Shown here: piece by piece, positions 57,039 through 64,000 of the stretch | How positions within the stretch are numbered: position 1 is the stretch's first letter | Layout: each line of letters begins with the position of its first letter | NCBI GenBank assembly: GCA_010093995.1 | Contig: ML992503.1 | Location: 1,107,234 to 1,171,233 of the forward strand | Source: Elsinoe ampelina | Lineage: Eukaryota | DNA: 64,000 nucleotides | Direction of reading: 5' to 3' | Made by a program: the position numbers and the translations under genes | The notes under the pieces: model-generated | What the model was told of the DNA's origin: nothing | Database searches by the model: none | What the model saw: the letters and a program-made list of their open reading frames with translations, nothing else

Positions 57039-58665
57039 TTAGGCCTTGGTCTCAGCCAACTCGGTGACGGTGGTGGACTCCTTGAGACCCATCTCGGCAG
57101 CGAAGGTGGTTGATGGCTTCCAGCCAGCAGACTTGCGGGCAGTGACCTCATCCATCATCTTGTCAACCTGCTCAAGAGACAAGCCCTTGGTCTCGTGGAC
57201 CATGAAGTAGGCGAAGACGGCGCAGGTCGCGCAGGTGGAGCCCCAGAGGAAGAACACCTTGGTCTTGAGATTACCATAGGCGGGCTCCATGAGGTAAGGG
57301 GTGATGACACCGATGATACAGTTCCAGAACCAGTTGGAGGCGGTGGACATGGCGACACCCTTGGATCGGATTGGGAGGGGGAAGATCTCGCTGCAACCTT
57401 GTTATTGGAATGTGATAAATGAGGGAGAAAACTACGTACCCAATGACGACCCAGGCACCTGGGCCCCAGGTGGAGGCAAACCAGAAAATGTAGATGCAGA
57501 CGAATGCAATCATGGCGCGCTGAGCGTTGGTGTTTCCGTTCTGACCGTCACTGGTGGCGGCGCCAATGATGGCAACAATGAACTCGCAGACGCACATGAA
57601 GACAGCGCCCCAGAAGAGCAGAGGGCGACGACCGAACCTCTCAATAGTCCAGAACGAGATTGGGGTGGAGCAGACGTTAACGATGGTGGTAATCATGGAG
57701 ATCAAGAAAGCGTTTTGGATACCGATGAGCTGGAAGAAGAGAGTCGAGTAGTAGAAGATGAAGTTGACACCAGTCCACTGTTGGAACATCTGAAGAGCAA
57801 TGCCGATGACGACTTTGCGGACGTTGCTGTTGCGAACACCGAGACCGCCCTTGAAGCAGCCGGCCCAAGTGACCTCGCCAACCTGGAGCTCGTACTCGTA
57901 GTTGGCCTGAATCTCAGCAAGCTCATCCTGAATGTAGTCGGAGTCGGCTGGCTGGCCACGGACGCGGGCAAGAGCCTTGACAGCGGCGTCGAGGCGCTGC
58001 TTCTTGACGAAGTAGCGGGGCGACTCTGGCAGGAAGAAGAGTCCAACGGCGAGAATGATGGCGAAAACGAATTGGATACCAATTGGAATGCGGTAAGAGC
58101 CAGTGTCGTTGCGGCCATTGACGGCGTTGGTAACGATAGAGGCCAACATGAGACCAATGGTGATGGCGAATTGGTAGCAGGAGACAATGGCTCCGCGAAC
58201 CTTCTTGGGGGCAACCTCGGACATGTAGAGAATGTTAATGGCGGAAACGAAGCCGACACCGACACCAGCGATCAAGCGACCGACCACGAGGAGGGGGATA
58301 CCGGTGGAGGCGACCTGAAGGACGACACCAATGGAGAAGACACCGCATCCAGCAATAATGGTAAGGCGACGACCGAACCAGTCGGCAAGAGCACCAGAGA
58401 TGAGGGCACCAAAGAAAGTACCGGCGGAGAGGATAGAGACGATAAGGGAAGTGTTGGAGGCATTGATGAAGTAACCAGTGGGGTAGCTTTCGAGATCTGT
58501 CGTGGGCTCACCAAAGTTCTCCTTGACGAAGGCGGTACCGAGAACACCGTTGATGTATCCAGAGTCGAAACCGAAAAGGATACCAGCAAAGGCGGCGAAA
58601 GCGCACATGAGGTAGGCCTTGACGGTGACAGGCGCCTCAACGCGCTCCACAGTCATGGGCGCCAT
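57039..58665 (-). CDS. MFS sugar porter, high-affinity glucose/hexose transporter (2 exons)
   Basis: GILFGFDSGYING, DWFGRR, GRLIAG, YMSEVAPKKVRG, LPESPR, QQWTGVNFIFYY, ERFGRR, WGPGAWVVIG|EIFPLPIR and HETKGLSLEQVD. Intron at 57391-57439. There is no long sensor-type C-tail. Confidence 0.95.
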
Positions 58666-61600
58666 GGCGAAGGTAGTATTGAATGAAAGTGAGGTATGTC
58701 AGATGGTAAGAGGGAAGAGGAGTGACAACGAGGGATGGACTCGCGAGATAGCAGGAGCTGAGAGTAGAAACAACAGGGCCATGCGGGTCAATTTATTATT
58801 CCCTCGCAGATCAGCTTTAGCTTCGGTGGCACGCGAGTCCGAGCATGGGAGAGGTCAGGTAGCTCGAGTCAGGGCCTGGCAGCGCAGAGAGCAGCGCGAG
58901 ACACCCGTTGGCGGGGTCACGGCTCACATTCCAGAACGGCGGCGAGGCGACTCTGGGAGCTCTGTGGGAGTGTATCGAGTCTGTGGTAACTCAGAGCAAC
59001 CTTGTCCTGTATCCACCTCCAGATGGAGGCTAGTCGCATCTCGAGGCTGGAGCCCCGACCTTGGCGCTGTCTTGCAAGCAAATCAAGATGTGCGCCAGCC
59101 GTTTTAGCGCAAAACCGGCGCCTCGACTCGAATGAATGGCGCGTTTTTTTGGGAGGACCGTGTGTCACATGGTGCTCGTTTCGTCAAACTTTTCTCTGCC
59201 GTCCCCGTCTCACTATGCCAAATCACAACGTCGCATTCGCTAGTCCGGAGGCGCACAGGGAAGGATGGGCAAGGACTACAGTAGACTACGGTGGTCCGCC
59301 AGGTTGGACATGGGTTGCACAACCTCGTGCAAGTGACCAAATTGTTCATTCATGGCCAGACGACCGTGGACAGTGGAATGCGCAATTTTTCTTCACCCGT
59401 TGCGACAGCCGCACTTCTCCGCATTTCAGGAGACGCCAACGACGGTGAGGCCCCTCGGGAAAAGACTGGGACAAGACGGTAGGATGCGATCTTGTCTGGT
59501 AGTGACCTGCACCCCGACCTTGGACTTTCTGACTCGGCCTCCTGATTCGCATGGCGGGTGCCCGCCTTTGCAGAGGAGGGTCGTGTCAGCGACCGACTGG
59601 CTTGCCGTGTGCGACAACGATCGACCCACGGATCGCAACGTCCACGCCCCGGTGATACCTAGCGCTCGTTATGTGGCATGTCATGTGGTGATCAATATCA
59701 CGCATCGATTGGATGTCAGATCCCATCCATTTGGCGACGACGCTTCTCTTGCATGAACGACGGGCAAACAAAGGAATGAGGCAATCGCCAGTGTGTTTTA
59801 GTCCCATCTTAGGAACAGCGCTAGAAGGTTAATAGCGCGAGTGAATTCTTTCTGGTGCGGGCGCAAATGGGACTTGATCCACGAGCACGATTCTGATTGG
59901 TCTCGTAGACTCCACTAAAACCACGCCTCGCCAGGAAAAGCAGGCTTCTGGAAATTCCATGCATGAGCCAATTTGCACATGGCTTCACATGCGACTGGTA
60001 CTGGGGAACAGATTGGGGTTGTGGAGTCGCCCTAACCACGCCGTCGGTCCTATGAATGACTGTCTTTTCAGCCTCAGAATTGAACCAGTCCATGCTCTCA
60101 GCAAGCGATGCGTTCAGGTCTGCCGAAAGGACGTGAAGTCATGCATCCGCGGACCGAGATGTAACTTACACAAGTCGCAACGGCCAGGACGCCACCATTT
60201 CGGAGTTCGGGCGTCCTCTTCGTGTCATCACTGGCCGACCAGTCACCACTTCCCGACGGCAAGAGGTTGTGGTCACGCATCAACCTACACCGACGACGGA
60301 TGCGGCTAAGAGGCGTGGTCCCGAGGTGGTCAGTTGGTCCAAGTGCTGAACCAATCAAATTGAGACTCTGCGTCAAATTCAAGGTGCATTTGATATTGGA
60401 AAACGCAATGATCACTTCACTAGTGGACCGCGCGACCCAGACTACGATGAACACCTGCATCATCCTATACCATGCGCAACTTGATGGCGCATTCCGTTGA
60501 GCTCGCGAAGGCATGAGGCAGCGACGCCGCATCTCGCTTGCATGCAAATCGCGACACCGACTTATGATAGTCGCTATATGAGGTCAGATGTCTGGTAGAG
60601 AGCTTCTTGGCTCGGGCGACGTTGACAGTTTGGCTGTCAGATGCTCGTCAACTGTCTCATCGTCTACCGACAAAGGCTTGATCGTATCGAGATTGACGTG
60701 GGCCGCGTTTTGTCAGGCAAGATGGTACGATGCGGTACGAGATGAAGGCTGGTAGGAAAACTCTGCAAAACCTCATTTCACGAGCCCACTTGTCCCGATA
60801 AACATGATGGATGTTATGTCTCGAAAAGTCATTTTTCCAGGGCAGTGATCTCAGTCTATTGTTGACATTCGCGGCGTCTAACCCGCCAGCCGGGTCATTC
60901 ACGGGAACCAAGTCAAGGGTGGTCCACTTGGAAGTACCTTTTTCCACTGCCGCCGTGCCGCGAATCCGTGGCATGGCCCTAAAACACCACATACGAACCA
61001 TCACGAGGTATGCCAATCTCTTCTGCTATTTTGCCTGCTCGGTGCGAATTATTGCCGCGTCTAATGCTGGATCGCGATATTCGCCCCTTCGTGGACTGAT
61101 CCAGTACCATACATTTTGCAACGTTGAATTTTACTCGGCCATGCCGAACGAGCACCTCGAACAATTTTCGAGACAGGGGCGTATGACAAAAAACCTTTTG
61201 CAAATCTTTTCCACCGCTCATACCATGCCTCTGACGATGGCAACGCTTTCGACAACTGCACTTCTTGCGAGGTTTTCAGGGGGGTTGTAGTAACTTACCA
61301 AAGTACACGGTGGCCGAGACCGCAACGAAGTGGAACGTCTTGAGCAGATGTGAAAGCTTGTTCTTTTCAAGATGGCCCGATCTCGGTCCAGAATCATCAC
61401 ACGCGTCACGCCGCTCGTGTTGAATAATCATGCCGACTGTATCGAGTGGGACCTCATCTCGTGAAAGAGTCCATCAACAGCGACATGAGGCGGCTGAATC
61501 GTGGCGACCCTCGACTGACAACATCGCGTGGCTGACTCTTCCGACCTGGTCAATATCATGGTGACCTGGATGCTGTCGACTCTGCGGATGTAGTGAACGA

Positions 61601-61762
61601 CGCGACAACTTTTGAGCCGAGGTAAGTCACGTTTGCGGCTGCAATTGTCAGCCTCACCTCGTTGCAGAACCTGAAGTCAACAAAGCTATTGTGTTCTACT
61701 CTGTCCAATCCACATTCGAATTGTGTTACTGTATATCCTGTGTCAATTTACAGCTTCGCAAA

Positions 61763-62837
61763 ATGCCACCACCTAATGATGGGAACGAATACCTTCCTTT
61801 CGCCGACATGATCGCCCTGGAGAAGATCAACGAGGTAAATTATAGAAGCAAAGCTATGCCATTCTCGCCAGGAGGTAGTGGCAGAGCATACGGTGGACAC
61901 GTCTACGCTCAAGCAGTATGGGCAGCTGCACAGACGGTGGCCAAAGGCTATGTCGTTCATGTATGCCTCCACAAGCTCAAGTGGCTAGCTCGCGACTGAT
62001 GCGCTCGCGCAGAATGTGACTGGTTTCTTCATACTAGCCGGGCTGACCAATGTGCCTTTCGTCTATAACGTCAAAATCATCCGAGACGGCCGATCATACT
62101 GCACCCGCATCGTGAATGTCACGCAAGCCGAGGGCAAAGGCATCTGCTTTACTTGCACGTGCTCGTTCAAGACCGACGAGGAATCGCCTCTCGATGTCCA
62201 AGAAGATATCGACCTCTCAGAAAAGTACGCAGTCGTCCTTCGTGGCAAGAAGGAAGAGGACTGGCCCGAGGCACCAGGTATGGACGTCAAGTGGTATTGG
62301 AACATGCTTCGCGAAGGGACCCCAAACGACAAGTTTCCAGGTCTGGACTCACGTAAGGTTGACATGACAGCCTACAATGAACATCGAGACCCCTTCTCGA
62401 GACGACAACTACTCTTCTACCGAGTCATAGGCTCGCTCCCATCCTCTGCTGATCCAAATCTCCATGCTTGCGCCCATTTGTATGCTTCAGACCGCAACTC
62501 ATTGTTCATCGTTGCCAACCACCTCGACGTGGGTCAGAATTTCACCCAGATGGCAAGTCTAAGCCACACCGTCGTCTTCCATACCCCGCATGAGGATTTC
62601 GCCATGGAGCGGCCTGGTCAATCTGGGCAAGAAGAGCGCATCTGGTACTGCAAAGAAGACTGGACCTCTCGAGCTGCTGGTGGTCGGGGCATCCATCATA
62701 GCCGCATGGTAGGACCTGGTGGCCGACATGTTGCTACTTCATGGCAAGAAGGTATAGTCCGAGTGGGAAAAGATCAGGATGAGCAGAGAGCTGCATACCT
62801 CAAAGGGGCGTTTGGCAAGAACCCCACCAAGCTCTGA
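61763..62837 (+). CDS. TES1: Acyl-CoA thioesterase II (Tes1/ACOT8/TesB), probably peroxisomal (2 exons)
   Basis: AYGGHVYAQAVWAA, H|NVTGFF, IRDGRSYCTR, HLYASDRNSL, MASLSHTVVFH and WQEG. The C-terminal -TKL resembles a PTS1. Intron at 61961-62013. Confidence 0.88.
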
Positions 62838-63056
62838 TATCACGATATCAGGACGGGTAGCGGGCGGGAACCACGTGGGTGCTATAATAAGTTCAGCACA
62901 TTAGAGTCGCGGCGTACCCGGGAGAATCACACTGGAAGTCGACGATCACCTTTCTCAACATGAGGTTGGAGCGGCAGATGCTACACGAAGAGGTCCCGAC
63001 AATCCATGACCCCTTCTACCAGCGGCAACAACCAAAGCACGAGAGACACTTCGATC

Positions 63057-64000
63057 TCATCCGACCCAAGCATCCTTGATCTTGTCGAAGAGAACCGCAC
63101 AGCCATCATTGAGCATGCCCAGCTTCGTCCGGACAGGATTCCGACACAGGTTCATCGAAATCCGCTTGCCGAGCCCATCACAGCCACACACCTTGTCGTG
63201 GACGCGAGCATAGAGCTCTGCCCTAAGGCATCCGGCTGTGCAGCAATTCTCGGTCTTTACCCCGAGCTGCGCAGGCATCTTCGACTTGAGCCCTCGGTCA
63301 CTTGTGGTGACTGTGACCTTGTGATGAGGCTTGGTGAAGGCGTCCTGTTTGACGATGGGCGTGGGTCGAGTGCTGTCGATCCTTGATGAGTCGGGGATGG
63401 GCGTGATCTCGTCGTCGACTTCCTGCTTCGATCTGGTATTCGAAAGCAGCACGTCCCGGGACGTAGCTTGGCCGAGGCGAGCGTCTTGTGTAGCAGTCTG
63501 GGCGAGCTGGCGGTCTTCTGTGCCCATCTGGGTCAGAGCATTGCTTCCCGTCCTCGCTGGTCGGAGCTGGAGCTCATGGTCTCCTGCACTATTCTGCGCC
63601 ATCAGCGGGCTCGTCGCAGCCGCTGTCTCGGCCTCCCTGGCTGCGCCTTTGTCGCCTTTCGCACCCTTCATACACCAACCTCTCATCTTCCTCCAGATTG
63701 TCTTCATCCCACCGCAAATCATCTCCTCTTCCTGTTTCTTCACCTTCGCCTCATTCCCTCCACACCAACCCCTCGCCGTATCCCACGCATCCTTCATCAA
63801 CTTCCCCTCAATCTCATCCCCCTCCTCAAGAGTCCACACCTTCACCGTCTCCCTCTCCCGTCCCGCCAACCTCGGCACCGTACACCCACACTCAAACTTG
63901 GCATTATGCCCGACACACATCCTCAAACACCCCTCCATCGCCCACCTCCCGGCCCTCAACCGCCACCTCGCCGCCCGATTCGCATACACCTCCACCCCCT
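63057..64000 (-). CDS. Hypothetical Cys-containing protein, 3' part (starts beyond the right edge)
   Basis: The frame is open from the window edge to a stop at 63057. No family recognised. Confidence 0.5.
   Translation of the reverse strand, partial: GVEVYANRAARWRLRAGRWAMEGCLRMCVGHNAKFECGCTVPRLAGRERETVKVWTLEEGDEIEGKLMKDAWDTARGWCGGNEAKVKKQEEEMICGGMKTIWRKMRGWCMKGAKGDKGAAREAETAAATSPLMAQNSAGDHELQLRPARTGSNALTQMGTEDRQLAQTATQDARLGQATSRDVLLSNTRSKQEVDDEITPIPDSSRIDSTRPTPIVKQDAFTKPHHKVTVTTSDRGLKSKMPAQLGVKTENCCTAGCLRAELYARVHDKVCGCDGLGKRISMNLCRNPVRTKLGMLNDGCAVLFDKIKDAWVG

Noticed and set aside
57301..58686. 461-aa antisense ORF over the sugar transporter
   Set aside because: It mirrors a strongly codon-biased gene, has no recognisable motifs and is best explained as a shadow ORF.
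58666..61762. Short ORFs in the 3.1 kb region upstream of the transporter
   Set aside because: No motifs, codon bias or consistent splice pattern. More likely a long regulatory region; the few CreA-like SYGGRG hexamers are expected by chance.
1..64000. tRNA/rRNA genes, transposons or RIP-degraded AT-rich blocks
   Set aside because: I saw no cloverleaf, rDNA, transposase/RT motifs, terminal repeats or AT-rich tracts by eye. Small ncRNAs cannot be excluded without tRNAscan-SE or Infernal.

Overview
Gene-dense eukaryotic DNA from a filamentous ascomycete. Short ~45-60 nt GT-AG introns with CTRAC/CTAAC branch sites and the gene content suggest a Dothideomycete (inference). I support about 26 protein-coding genes, most of them spliced and so fragmented in the ORF track. 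Housekeeping genes include AIM6 (partial), SCC3, a kinesin-3, TRM3, ASE1, acetoacetyl-CoA synthetase, RIA1/EFL1, TES1, a hexose transporter and a GH30 hydrolase. I saw no RNA genes, transposons or CRISPR arrays. The standout is an intronless 1700-aa membrane NRPS-like polymerase (7981-13083, minus) with the A-T-(TM/beta-helix)x3 layout of poly-lysine and poly-malate synthetases. Its adenylation domain is oxalate-CoA-ligase-like and is followed by a second, degenerate A subdomain, which suggests a chimeric polymer synthetase. Also notable are a GPI wall protein with four Cys-bracketed RGD loops, recurrent C-rich to G-rich skew-switch islands independent of gene strand, a deaminase with HCD in place of HAGE, an 11/18-residue His-periodic coiled coil, and a Kex2-site mucin with two Apple-like domains. 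All calls come from reading motifs by eye; no searches were run.
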